From: Callorhinchus milii
Lineage: Eukaryota
Length of the DNA stretch: 54,971 bases
Assembly: GCF_018977255.1 (NCBI RefSeq)
Contig: NW_024705313.1
Span: forward strand, 1-54,971
Direction of reading: 5' to 3'
Part shown: positions 1 to 10,766 of the stretch, piece after piece
Position numbering within the stretch: the stretch's first letter is position 1
How the letters are laid out: every line of letters starts with the position of its first letter
The notes under the pieces: generated by a model
Database searches by the model: none
Told to the model about the DNA's origin: nothing
The model's input: the letters and a program-made list of their open reading frames with translations, nothing else
Translations under genes and position numbers: made by a program

Positions 1-1823
1 CGAAGAGTTTCCTTCCTCCAGAAGGTGGACAAGCTGATCCGCAAAGTGGCAGACTATGCCCCAGTAGATGCCGCTGTTGACCAGAAGGCCAAAAGATTTA
101 ATTCACGACTGTCTGCCGCCAGTGTACTCAGCAGGTCCGAATTAAGCATTTCCACTGGCAAATCCACGACCAAAGCACGGATTGCGTCATAATATATTAA
201 CATTTTGTAGCGAGGATCGAAAACTGGCATCGAACTGGTACAAATGCAAGTGATTTAAAGTTAGGTGGCTGGGTAACTCAAAAGGTCATAGCAGTGAGCT
301 GGAACCCCTGAGATCTTGTGCTTGCATCTCGGCAGCTGCCTGTGATGTTATTGTCTCAGCCCGGTCACCAGTGGGTGCAGAAAAAAGCCATCATCCTATT
401 ACATTTAGCTGCGCACTTAATGTGGAATGCAGCTCAAAGAATATTGTTTTGACTGCCGTGCAATGAACATTCCTCTTATAGTAGGTAGGAAAACGTGCTG
501 CTGCATTTACCAGACAGTTATATTCCTTTCCGTGAGTCGTTCTAGAACACAAAGGTGCACTGGGCTGAGAGTTTCAAATTGATTATTTATCTCATCACGT
601 GATGCTGGTAGTATAATCGAGAAAATTTGTTGGAAAGATTTTTAAAAACGTTAGTCAGCAGATAATATTTCCACCTTGTGCTTACATACGCAGTCTCGCC
701 TGGTTTCCTTGCAGAGGAGAAGGCATGCAGTGTGCACGGCGCACCCGTGAGGTGTGTCGATGGCAAGATTCACGACCTAGTCATCAACGTTGACGGAAAC
801 ACAAGATAAGGCTGCTCCGCGCCGGGGTCTGCAGGTCTCTTTTTCTTTTTACTATTAATCAGTCTCATTGTGTTCACTCGATTTACTACTGCAGTTATAT
901 GTTACGAATTTTCCTTGAGGCCATTCTAGTTCTACGTAATCTGAACATAATTAGGATGTGTTGTGTGCCGGTTCCAGGCTGTGCAGCGAAGAAGGGAAAG
1001 TCAATCTGTATTACACCGTGGAGAACTCTCGCACATACCACAAGGAGGAGCCCAAGTGCATTGAAATTGACGATTATGTAAGTATGTTGAAAAGTGGTAT
1101 TCCTGGCCAGCACCGTTGTAGTCATTGTGGTGAAGCCGTGCATCACCTTGTAGTTCAGCACTATCCAACTGTATGCTTACATCTTTTTTTTTAATGCCAA
1201 TTGTACGTGATATTCCTGTCTGTGCATCTGTCACTGTGAATGTGCATAGAATGTGGAGGCTCTGGAACACCTGATTCATAGCTACCCCAAGTTTGTGACT
1301 GTGGATAGCCTGCCTTGTCCTGCCATCGAAGAAAAGGTAGGCGCTCTCTACCGGGAGGTCTCATTAGCCCTGCCTCAATATCGTTTCGGTGAATGTTTTA
1401 TAATTCGGTAGAATTTTTGCAAACTTGTTTTCTGGCTTAAGATTTTGGGGATGACAACAGTGGTATAAGGTTTTGACCAGTGCGAAGATAAATATTTTAT
1501 GACGGTGAAACATGTGCATAGCTATTATAATGCTGTCAGAAATTTGTGCCTAGAGAAATGTTACTGAAAATATGTATGTGCATATTCTTGGGTCTTTCGG
1601 TAAAGTCACGTAGATAGTTGACTTTACCGAAACACCCAAGAATATGAATTCCTGCAGTCACGAAAGCTTTAAGTCAAGATTTATTTATGTGCATGCTTGT
1701 GAACTATTCGTATCGTTATTTGTTCAATGAAAATTATTTCCTGTCTATTTGCAGTGCAACCTGACCATGGACCTATTTGAAAAGGGACTCTTAACCTTCA
1801 AGGAACCACTGAAATCAGCATAA
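1..1823 (+). CDS. RIOX1: 3' part of ribosomal oxygenase 1 / NO66 (JmjC histidyl hydroxylase); exons <1-134, 715-834, 978-1077, 1250-1336, 1755-1823
   Basis: Manual splicing at GT-AG sites gives [31 protein letters not shown](D)[25 protein letters not shown]...[94 protein letters not shown]. This matches the NO66 C-terminus I recall ([39 protein letters not shown]). It needs two single-base corrections in A runs (~91-94 and ~803). Confidence 0.93.
1583..1682. mobile_element. Minimal Penelope-derived (family P1) fold-back insertion in the last RIOX1 intron
   Basis: tattcttgggtctttcggtaaagtca (1583-1608) and tgactttaccgaaacacccaagaata (~1619-1644) form a hairpin, followed by the family tail cctgcagtcacgaaagctttaagtcaagattta. 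Flanked by a tatgtgcat duplication. Confidence 0.7.
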
Positions 1824-1886
1824 ATACAGCTTTTAAAAGACGTTCAACCCTCACTCATTTGTCAAAAAAAATATCCAATCTGTTTT

Positions 1887-2220
1887 AATACTGGTAGGAA
1901 CCACCTGGTTCCACCAGCCCACGGGATTATTGTGTCCGTCCGTCGTGCATCCAAAAATGGGAGGGGTGGGGCTGGGTGGAGAGGTTGGGGAGGGGCTGGG
2001 TGGGGAGGATGGGGCTGGGTGGGGGTGGGAGGGGTGGGGCTGGGTGGGGAGGGGCTGGTCACCCCGTGGTGCCCTTATAAAACTCAACGTTTAACCTACT
2101 CACGCCGGCTTGTGCCCGCCCTCACAGTCGGCTATATTTGCGGAATACACCACACTGCCGTTGACCCTGGCCATTGACCGAGCAACCCAACGTTCCTACC
2201 AGCTCCCTCTGCGGGAATGT
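1887..2220 (+). mobile_element. Non-autonomous Helentron-like element (HINE/DINE-1 architecture), copy 1, with G-rich tract
   Basis: SubTIRs ctggtaggaac (1891-1901) and gttcctaccag (2192-2202), a short 5' inverted repeat (gttccaccag), a GTCC microsatellite, a GGGTGGGG tract and a 3' stem-loop (tccc..ggga). T-rich ends, no TSD. Near-identical copies at 13087-13467 and 49225-49548. Confidence 0.7.
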
Positions 2221-2345
2221 GTTATTACAATTGATGGCTTGTTTTTAAGTACAATATTCTCTAAATACAATATCATGAGTATAAACCACTGGTAATATAC
2301 TGTTAATCACAAAATCTTGGATCTTGTGGTTGTGATAAACTGGTG

Positions 2346-2351
2346 AATAAA
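2346..2351 (+). promoter_or_regulatory. Candidate poly(A) signal of RIOX1
   Basis: First AATAAA I found downstream of the RIOX1 stop codon. Confidence 0.45.
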
Positions 2352-2385
2352 CTGGGCTCGGAGGTGTAAATATGCCATAAAAATG

Positions 2386-2391
2386 TTTATT
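2386..2391 (-). promoter_or_regulatory. Candidate poly(A) signal of SDR paralogue A
   Basis: TTTATT on + (AATAAA on -), about 270 nt downstream of the SDR-A stop codon. Confidence 0.45.
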
Positions 2392-2663
2392 TCTTTCAGG
2401 AATACTATTTTACCGCCAACATCTTGTGTAATATTAAACTGTCCGTTTTAATTTGTACGGAATATGAAAATCTGCATTTGACAAATTCCACCAAAACTGA
2501 ATGTGGCACACCTCACACATTGGAAAAAAAATAAGAGAAAATAAACTCCAGCAATACTACAACATGGTTAATCGTTATAGACCTCGCCAAATCCATTAAA
2601 AACCGCAAGCTTTTGACGTATGCCCCCCACTACATGAGCACGCTGCTCGAGCAATGAATGTGG

Positions 2664-5600
2664 TCACATGCTGCTGCTGCTGCGTGCAGCATGGTGTGCC
2701 AGGATACTCCTCCGCTTCTTCTCATAGGAGCTGCTCGTATTCATGTAATCTGTCCATGCGGTGGGCAGAATGCCAACCAGAAACAAGATGGCCCTCTCCA
2801 CGAATGAGCACACAAGGTAGCAGGCACTTGGGTTATTCGTCGTAAGCGCCTCAACGATTGCGTCTATCACCAGGCCGGTGTCCCTGTTTTTGAAGGCACC
2901 TATATCACGTGCCGCAGCCCAGTAGGTGTCGATATATTCGAGGGTGAACTGTGCCTTCTGGCACTCTGTGAGGTTGTTGTGAATGCTCTTGGAGTCCATG
3001 TTCTGCAATATCTTCGTTTGGCCAAGGAAGCTCCCAGGCTCTATAAATATCACCTGTTGATAAAAAAAAATGTACACGTTTAACTGGCATACCAACGGAA
3101 TTATTCTTTGGGGAATTTATGACCAGTGTGGTAAAGTGCAGTCGAACGTCCTTCAGTCTGGCAGTGGATTGACTGTTTATTAAAATAAAATTTGAAAAAC
3201 ACTGCAGATAATTTTGTGAAGAGAATATTTGCAATTATATTACGTTTAGAGTAAAGGTACAACATGAATGGACACGGAATCTTGCTGCTCTACCATCAGG
3301 ATGCGTATGTTATTTTTTTTGTGAATTTGTTTGCGGAGTGCTTTGCCTTGCGTCATGTGCTGTTTGAGTCTTGCACATCTTATGATTAGTGCTTTATCGT
3401 AAGAAAATACTAGACTGTTGATCTATCAGTTTTGGCATACAGTTGAGGTAAGTCATGCCAAACCATCACCTTGCTAAACATAGCAGGGGTCACCAAAAAG
3501 ATTTCTAAAATCATGAGCAAACACAAGATCCAGGTTATTGAGTACATAAAATTCGTGATTTGATCCCATCTGTGAAGAATGTGATTCCTGACATGCAATA
3601 CCCCGGCGTCTACAAACTAAGCTGTGCCTGCGGCAGTAACATTGGGGGAACTAAGCGACATGTCTTGGACCATGTTCGTGAGCATAAGGCAGATCTGAAA
3701 CACGGTAGGACCAATACCTTGGCCGTGGCTGATCATTGTTTTAATGCGGTGGGGTCACGAAATTGATATCTTCAAGACGAAGGTACTTTGCAAACCCACT
3801 GGCTATCAACAAAGATTTGTTCATGAAGCCATCCAGATAAATAGACACAATTTCAACCGAGAAGATGGGTACAAACTGAGCAATCATTGGAAGGACGTTA
3901 TTAACCAGCTTAAGTCATAACTGGCTGTGATGTTTTCATCCTACCTTCCGATGTTAGTAGTTATTTTCGACTTTTGATTTTACATTAGTTAAATGTCCCA
4001 CATTAACACAGCTACCGTCGCTCGTGCCCTCGATGTGACGGCGGCTCTGCGATCTTACATTGACATGCTAATTTATCACTTTGACATCACTAGCCCCGCT
4101 CACTTCGTTTATGATTCTTGGGCTACACTCATTTCAAACCTTTAAAACAGCCTGCCTCAGCAGTTTTCCCGTCTTTTTTCTCCAGATGACGATTGCTTGT
4201 GTTGCGATCGAAACGTAGTTTTTTTCAAATTATTTTGACTACCGAAAGACCTAAAGAATATAAAATTGTCAACTTTAATGATTTAAAGTAGAATATGCAA
4301 AAATGCTTCTTTTACATCATTAAGAAGATTGATCAATTTTGACATTGATGCCTACAGATGTTTGTGCTTGGTGTTTTATAATTTTACACTGGAAATTAGG
4401 GTCTTATACCTGCACGATAAAAATATGCATCATGAAATAATGTATGTATTTTCAATGTCATGTATGATCATTTACATCTTGTCAGTGTCTCTCAAATCAT
4501 CCGCATGTGTTGGTGAAGGAAAACTTAAGTTTGGAACCCTTGCACGTGACTTTAATGCGCCCCAAATGTTACACTGTAAAAAGTGGTCTTCACCTTAACG
4601 TCCCACTTTTGCATTTCAAGTCGCAGGCAGCTTGAGAACATCTCCACACCGCTCTTGGTGATGCAGTAGCTGCTTATGAATGCGGAGGGAAGTCTGGCTG
4701 ATATGCTCGATATGTTTACAATTCGCCCTGCATCACACGTGCAACGTGAACATGGAAATGCGAAGGAAAAATATTGAAAGCATTCATTTTAATTTCTCAT
4801 CCGATACAGTGGTCCCTCGGTTAACGATATTAATTGGTTCCACGAAAAGCATCGTTAATTGAAATGATCGTTGATTGAATATAGGAAATACATGTTAGAG
4901 GCTTAATTTGTTCCAAGGCGATCGGAAATTGACCTTTTTCACCCTGAAAACATAGTTTCTAATATTTAAACATGCTTATTTTAATAAACGTTATAAAAAC
5001 ATTAAAGCATTAATATTAATAGAAACATCGATAAATAGAATAGAAAGGTTCATAAATAGAGCATAAAATAAAAGTCACCATTGGCTAGGAAAAGCTAGCC
5101 AGTTGCTCAAAACGCTCAAAAGGGTGTTGCTGATTGGCTGAGGTGTGCCGAGTCCACTTAGGAGCTCTCCGATTGGCCGAAATTGGCAGCGGCGTGATAT
5201 TGTAAAGATATCGTTAATCGAAGATGTATCAAATCTTCTTTGGGTATTTCGGTAAAGTCACGTAGATTGAAATAAAATAACTAACTGACGATTCGATCGC
5301 AACACAAGTGGTCGTCATCAGGAAAAGGGGGTTAGCCTCTAAAGCCAAACTGTTTATAAAGGTTTAGAGATGGGCGTAGCCAAATCAGTTTAAGTCATAA
5401 CTGGCTGTAATGTTGCTATTTTAGACCTGGCAGCCCTTTAATTGGTGGAAGGCCACCACCAGGACCATCACTGCCCACTACTACCATCCCCACTAGCAGT
5501 AGCCCTTTATTAGTGGAAGCTCACCATCAGTGCCGTCGTGACCCTATATGAGTACCATCACCTCTAGCAGAAACCTCCATTGTCAACAGTGTGAGTGTGT

Positions 5601-8600
5601 AAAGCGAGGTGCAAATATTACTTGCCAGCCCTTTAATTGGTGGAAACCCACCACCAGCGCCGTCGTTGCCCTCTACGAGTAACTTCACTTACATTAACAG
5701 CTGTCCCGCCCATGCTGCTGACACTTGGGCTACACCCATATCAAACCTTTATAAACAGTTTACTTTTCGAGGCTAACCCCATTTTCCTGATGATGGCTGC
5801 TTGTGTTGCGATCGAAACGTCGTAGTTTTTTTTTACCTATCTACGTGACTTTACCGAAAGACCCAAAGAATACGAATATGTATCGTTAATATAAACTATA
5901 GGACCCTATGGGAGGCGGATTGTTAATCGAAATTTCGTTAATCGATTTTGTAAACTGGGGGACCACAGTATATGGTTACGTGTTTTAGAACATTCATATT
6001 TTGACATTTCTCTCGTAAGATGTCAGATATTGACGATCCAAGAATGGCATTACCAGTTTACATACGGCTTGCCCATATGGGTGACGAAGATGAGCACGAC
6101 ATTTAACTTACCCAATCCATAAATCAAATGCTGTCCATTTGGTGTACGTCAAGCATCAACTAATCTGAACATGCCCTGTTGTCTTCTTTGGTACGGATAT
6201 TAATTGAGTTGCCACAAAAGATTGATGTTTAAGTTGTAAAATGAGCTGGTGGCTTCCAGGCGCAACAAGTGAATCCCACTCGTGCACTTGGAGAATGTTC
6301 ACAGTGGATAGTTAATTGTATCTTTACACTTTGAGAGTGCATTGCATTTGGCCGATTTTATTTTTAAATGATGCAAGGTAGCCAATTATGTGGCGATGGC
6401 TCGATGGTGGGGCCTTCCATGATCTGCTTATTCAAGATGATGGCGTTCTCGCAACTGTGCTTCTACCAATCTTCGATGCTGCCTGGCTGAGTCTGCCTTG
6501 TTTCAGAATGGCAATGTGGTGCGTTCAGTGGCGAGTAGTATATGGTCTGTGGTGTCGAGGGAGTGTCATGTCACCCGTCTGTAGGAATCTGTTGGCTGCT
6601 CAGTACATAATTTGAGTACTGTATAAGTTTGATACATGCTTGCATACACAAGTATACAGACTTAAAAAAACATTTAAACAAGATATGCAAAGTTGAATGT
6701 ATTTTACGTTGTCTTATCACGAAACACTGGAAGGCACAGTGCCGTGAGAAAAGCTAATACACAAGCATAAACGGTACAGAATAGAGTTAATCAAAGGTCA
6801 CCTTTGCTGGCCTTTATGAGTGGCAAGAAGGCCAGTGTGGTGCGGATGGTGCCCCACAGGTTCACGTCGGCCACTCGCTGGTACGAGTTCAAGTTGGACA
6901 TCTCCACTTCGCCCATCTGTGCAATGCCTGCGTTGTTCACTACGGCCCACAGGTCTGAAATCGATGGAAAAAAATGGAAAATGCTTTACTCAAGTTTTTT
7001 GGTTCAAAAACAAGTAGCTGGGTTATAACACAACTAGAGAACAAAAATGACTTGGGTATGCAACGTGTCACAATGTGCATACTTTGGATGATTTGGATTC
7101 CAGTAGCTTCACTCAAACTTGTACTGTACTGTGAGGTTGTGGTTAACAGTTGAATTGTAATGCACTAGTGGTATTGCTATTATTGACAATTCTGTATAGG
7201 ATTTTTTTTTAACTGACCTGAACTTAATGTTATATTTTACCAGGTTTTAATTTGCACAAAAACAATGGCTTGCGCGTGTTTCAATCTTTCCAGTGAAGGC
7301 ACTCCTTAGTGGAGCCAGTGTGCTACCTCTCTCTGGTCACTTTGTGCCCTCAAATTACTGCTAGTTTTGGAAATCGACACCACAATCACACGTACGGTAC
7401 TGTGATAACTGGACTACTCTTCAACACACCGGCGGGCTCAAGTAGTGAACTATTTGTTTTTTGTCAGTGACACTTTTTTTACTGATTGGCCGTGTCGGGT
7501 GGTGAAGGGTTACGACACATTTATAAATAACGTTATCTCACCCAAAAACGTTTATTATGAATTATTATGAACTGGAACACGTTACGTTATGGTTTATTTA
7601 GCAGTACTGTAGTACTCCCATGGTTAAATATGCAGTGGCCTATAATCACGTAAAAGCACTAATTTCAGAAGCTGACTGAAGTACAGCATTGCCTAAACAG
7701 CCTCCGTGACCGACACGTGGGTGCAGTGCAGGCCATTCCACAGTGGACCGATAACGAGCTGTAAAATATACACGATACAATGGACTGTACTTTGTTCTGT
7801 TAGCAGATAGACCAGGAACAAAATATCTTGCACAATGCATATTGAAGCAATTTGTCCACAGTTGAGTACAGTACTGACATCTGAAAACATCTCGCATTTA
7901 AACAAGGCTTAGCTTGTTGGATGGCCAAGGGTTGCAAACCCGAAATAGGGGAATTGGCGTCGACGTTCAGGTGGCAGGGATGTATTTGTATTACGATCTC
8001 GTGGTATTGTGTTTAAACGCACAGTTGTGATCAAGATGTCTTGCGACACCCAATTTATTGACCCCTAACATGTTTTGCTTGGCATATTAATTTCTGTTTG
8101 AATAAACCTTACTTTAAAAATCCATAATAAAGATGGTTTGTTTGTTCGGTCGTGTAACAAACCTTACTAATTGGCTGTGTTGGGTGGTGGCGGGTTTAAC
8201 GACACATTTACGAGATCTAACCCCCCCGCCACCCCAAGGAAAAGCTTGATTATTGGTTGCGAAAGTCTACGTAAAAATCCGTTTTGGAGAATTCAATGGG
8301 GGTCACAAAGCATCTGGACCACCCGACAGTGTGATCGGTGAAAAAGTTGACAACCATACTGCCCCAAGCCTCCTCCTGTGTCCACCCACCCGCGTGGCCG
8401 CATCTCACCTGCCTGCCGACCCATGCGGGTGACGGCTGCATGTGCCTCCTGCACCTGCTCGTCGCTCGTGACATCGAAGGGCAGGACGCGCAGGCGGTCG
8501 CTGCTCTTGCTCGCGAGCTCGCGGGCCCCTTCTCCGTGTGGCTGCAGGCAGCCGGCCAGCACCCGGACTCCCATGCCGTCCAGACGCCTCGCCAGCTCGA

Positions 8601-8816
8601 AGCCGAAGCCGCTGTCGCAGCCCGTGATGAGCACCGCCCGGTCGCGCAGGGAGACGCGGGGTGCGCGGGTGAGGACCGATTTCACCACGATTATGATTAT
8701 GCGCACGAGGAGGCGATTGCCACCAGCAGCACCATCGCATACGATCCACGCAGCATCGACATGCCTGCAGATGCCGCGCCCACGGCGACGGTCAGCCACA
8801 AGTTGTTTTCAGCCAT
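2664..8816 (-). CDS. Short-chain dehydrogenase/reductase SDR9C family, BDH1-like, paralogue A; exons 8816-8409, 6954-6802, 4727-4594, 3053-2664
   Basis: GT-AG spliced product has [41 protein letters not shown], catalytic YCITK and VIFIEPG. Hydrophobic N-terminus from the ATG at 8816 ([12 protein letters not shown]...). One single-base frameshift near 8712. Confidence 0.9.
3460..4262 (+). mobile_element. 5'-truncated Penelope-like element (family P1): degenerate GIY-YIG endonuclease, 3' UTR and hammerhead-bearing terminal repeat
   Basis: Translation gives [18 protein letters not shown]...REHKADL...AVADHC...EAIQI...[14 protein letters not shown]. Hammerhead-like core at 4183-4216, then the family tail ..ccgaaagacctaaagaata. 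Confidence 0.85.
5235..5877. mobile_element. Penelope family P1 insertion with an inverted terminal repeat (fold-back)
   Basis: 5235-5385 is the reverse complement of ~5725-5872. 5386-5415 matches the end of the P1 ORF at ~3907-3935. An atgtatc duplication lies on both sides. Hammerhead cores at 5287-5321 (-) and 5787-5821 (+). Confidence 0.8.
5787..5825 (+). ncRNA. Minimal hammerhead ribozyme motif (catalytic core intact, stem I poor)
   Basis: CTGATGA-t-ggctgc-ttgtgtt-gcgatc-GAAAC-GTC. Confidence 0.55.
7420..7570 (+). repeat. Penelope family P2 terminal-repeat fragment
   Basis: Matches 15500-15645 (+) and 25830-25972 (-): ttcaacacaccgg..gtgaactatttg..gattggccgtgtcgggtggtg..gggttacgacacattta. 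Confidence 0.75.
8165..8272 (+). repeat. Penelope family P2 terminal-repeat fragment (diverged)
   Basis: attggctgtgttgggtggtggcgggtttaacgacacattta..gatctaa..ttggttgcgaaagtctacgt; a similar piece lies on - at ~12000-12060. Confidence 0.55.
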
Positions 8817-9379
8817 CCTTGTGTCTGTCGCGTGTCAACACGAATGGGATGGCTTCTGAATGCGCCACCGTCACAAAGTGCGCTTGTACGAGAGCACGTG
8901 CTTCTCTCTTGGTCGAAGTGCGGAATGCGCCTTGGGTGGTTGGGGTTCGTAATCGCGTGGAATCTACCAACTCAAACAGTGGGGTTCGGTATGCAGAGGT
9001 GTTGTCGTTTTTTTTTCGTTCGCTCCGAGCTCATACAATGCCCTTGAGAGTATCTGCCATGACCCACTTTTAAAAAAAGTAAGTTAGTAGAAGTTTGCTT
9101 ACGTGCGTTAAAACTTAATTCATCAGCGCATTCATATCCGCGGTGAGGCTAATTGGTCAGAATGTGTTCGACTACATCGCTTTGTGTTGTTTTTTTCAAG
9201 CATAACCCTAATACGTAATTCCTCCAGACTCTTTCACCATTCCATTCGAGAATATCCTTTTTAGAGTTCGTATGAACTCAGTGTATTTCATAATCCACAA
9301 CGAACCCCTGTGATGTGTGTTAATCTGGCGACTAAAGCACATCACGCAATACTTTTCGTATCTTATAACGGGAGGTTCA

Positions 9380-9623
9380 GTTGCGTACCTGTCAACCCCT
9401 TATCAGTGCCCTACCTTATTACAGACCAATTCAGACCTTATTGGTTACCACGTGGCCTTGTACATATCAACGTTCATCCGACAAATTCCCATCACAAGGT
9501 AGAAACACAAACAGAAAACATGTTGCCCGTATTGAAACGGCTGTACGCCGTATGCACCTGAAAACTAAACTTCTTTGTACAATAATAGGGGTAAACCGTA
9601 TGGGTTGTTGACAGGTATGCGGT
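9380..9623. mobile_element. MITE (~245 bp), copy 1
   Basis: TIRs gcgtacctgtcaac / gttgacaggtatgc; the whole body recurs inverted at 10530-10766; superfamily not assigned. Confidence 0.7.
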
Positions 9624-10024
9624 TGAGAGGGCGAAGAGGAAGGACAGTGAGAGGGATGCAGATAAGGAATGCACCTCCGATTATCACGGTGAGCGACGTG
9701 CGGTGCGAAAGAAGTTCAACATACGGTACATACCACACGAGCAACGAAGAGAGATAGAGAACATCATGCGGTCGTGGCGAGAGAGCCAGAGACCAGGGCG
9801 GAAAGAGCGAGATAAGTGGTGTCTCAATTCAGCGGAGTGAGGGAGTGTGAGCGAATGACATCGTTTAATGGCCACGAGAGAGGGCACCTTGAATATCGTG
9901 TAAATGCCATCTTAGAGCACACGGAACCAGAGCGGAATCAAGTCGTGTGTCTTCTTGGTTCCTTCGGTTAAGTCACGTAGAAGGGAAGTAATAAAATAAT
10001 AAAATAAAACATAATAAAATAATT

Positions 10025-10069
10025 CTCACGACGTTTCGGCCACAACGCAAGCAGCCGTCCTCAGGTGAA
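10025..10069 (-). ncRNA. Minimal type I hammerhead ribozyme (mirror copy)
   Basis: Reverse complement reads ttcac-CTGAGGA-c-ggctgc-ttgcgtt-gtggcc-GAAAC-GTC-gtgag. Confidence 0.72.
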
Positions 10070-10135
10070 GACCAGGTCTGTCGGGGGGACAGAGTCTGAA
10101 AGTCTGAAAACGCTGTCTCCCCGACAGACCTGGTC

Positions 10136-10180
10136 TTCACCTGAGGACGGCTGCTTGCGTTGTGGCCGAAACGTCGTGAG
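10136..10180 (+). ncRNA. Minimal type I hammerhead ribozyme, predicted cleavage after C10175
   Basis: Stem I ttcac/gtgag, CUGAGGA core, 6-bp stem II ggctgc/gtggcc, GAAA, palindromic ACGU in place of stem III, GUC cleavage triplet. This is the form described for Penelope-like elements. Confidence 0.75.
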
Positions 10181-10529
10181 AATTATTTTATTGTTTTATT
10201 TTTATTATTTTATTATTTCCCTTCTACGTGACCTTACCGAAAGAACCAAGAAGATGAATCCCTGCAGTCATGAAAGCTTAAAATCGAAATTTAAGTCGTT
10301 GTGGTGAAGTACAAACCATAACAAACAAAAAAATCACCGACATCCATGCAAACATCCTGCAAGTGCTGGGGAAATCCGTACAGCGTCTCGACTGACGCCT
10401 TGGATTGGTTGACCAAAACTTAGCAGTCAACTCCAACGCGTTTCAACACTCTTTGCTTTTCCCTCCTACAGTGCGAAAGAAGAAGACGGCAAACCAAGCA
10501 TTGTGTGTTGTTGGTTCTTATTTACGCTG

Positions 10530-10766
10530 GTTGCATACCTGTCAACCCATACGGTTTCGCCCGTATTCATGTGTACAAGGAAATTGAGTTTTCAGGTCCA
10601 TACGGTGTACAGCCGTTTCAATACGGGCAAAGAAATTGTGTCTATTTGTTTGTGTTTCTCCCTTGTGATGGAACTTTGTAGGGTGAACGTTAATATTTAT
10701 GAGGGCAATGGGGTCTCAATTTGGTCTGTAATAAGGTAGGCACTGATAAGGAGTTGACAGCTATAG
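10530..10766. mobile_element. MITE (~240 bp), copy 2, inverted relative to copy 1
   Basis: gcatacctgtcaac ... gttgacagctata; the body is the reverse complement of 9380-9623. Confidence 0.7.

Larger units (their letters stand above)
4807..5968. mobile_element. Tigger/pogo-like non-autonomous DNA transposon, interrupted by a Penelope insertion
   Basis: TA-cagtggtccctcggttaacga at the left end, ttgtaaactgggggaccacag-TA (degenerate TIR) at the right end, and internal tcgttaat repeats. Confidence 0.6.
9950..10292. mobile_element. Penelope family P1 palindromic (fold-back) element with two hammerhead motifs
   Basis: Arms of ~143 bp (9950-10092 and 10113-10254) around a 20-nt loop, then the tail cctgcagtcatgaaagcttaaaatcgaaattt. 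Flanked by aagtcgt(t)gtg on both sides. Confidence 0.85.

Noticed and set aside
1851..2177. Pro-rich and Gly/Trp-rich ORFs (also near 13.1-13.4 kb and 49.3-49.6 kb)
   Set aside because: Translations of the G/C tract of the HINE repeat
8338..9073. 173-aa and 231-aa plus-strand ORFs (also 21311-21796)
   Set aside because: Antisense shadows of the GC-rich SDR exon 1
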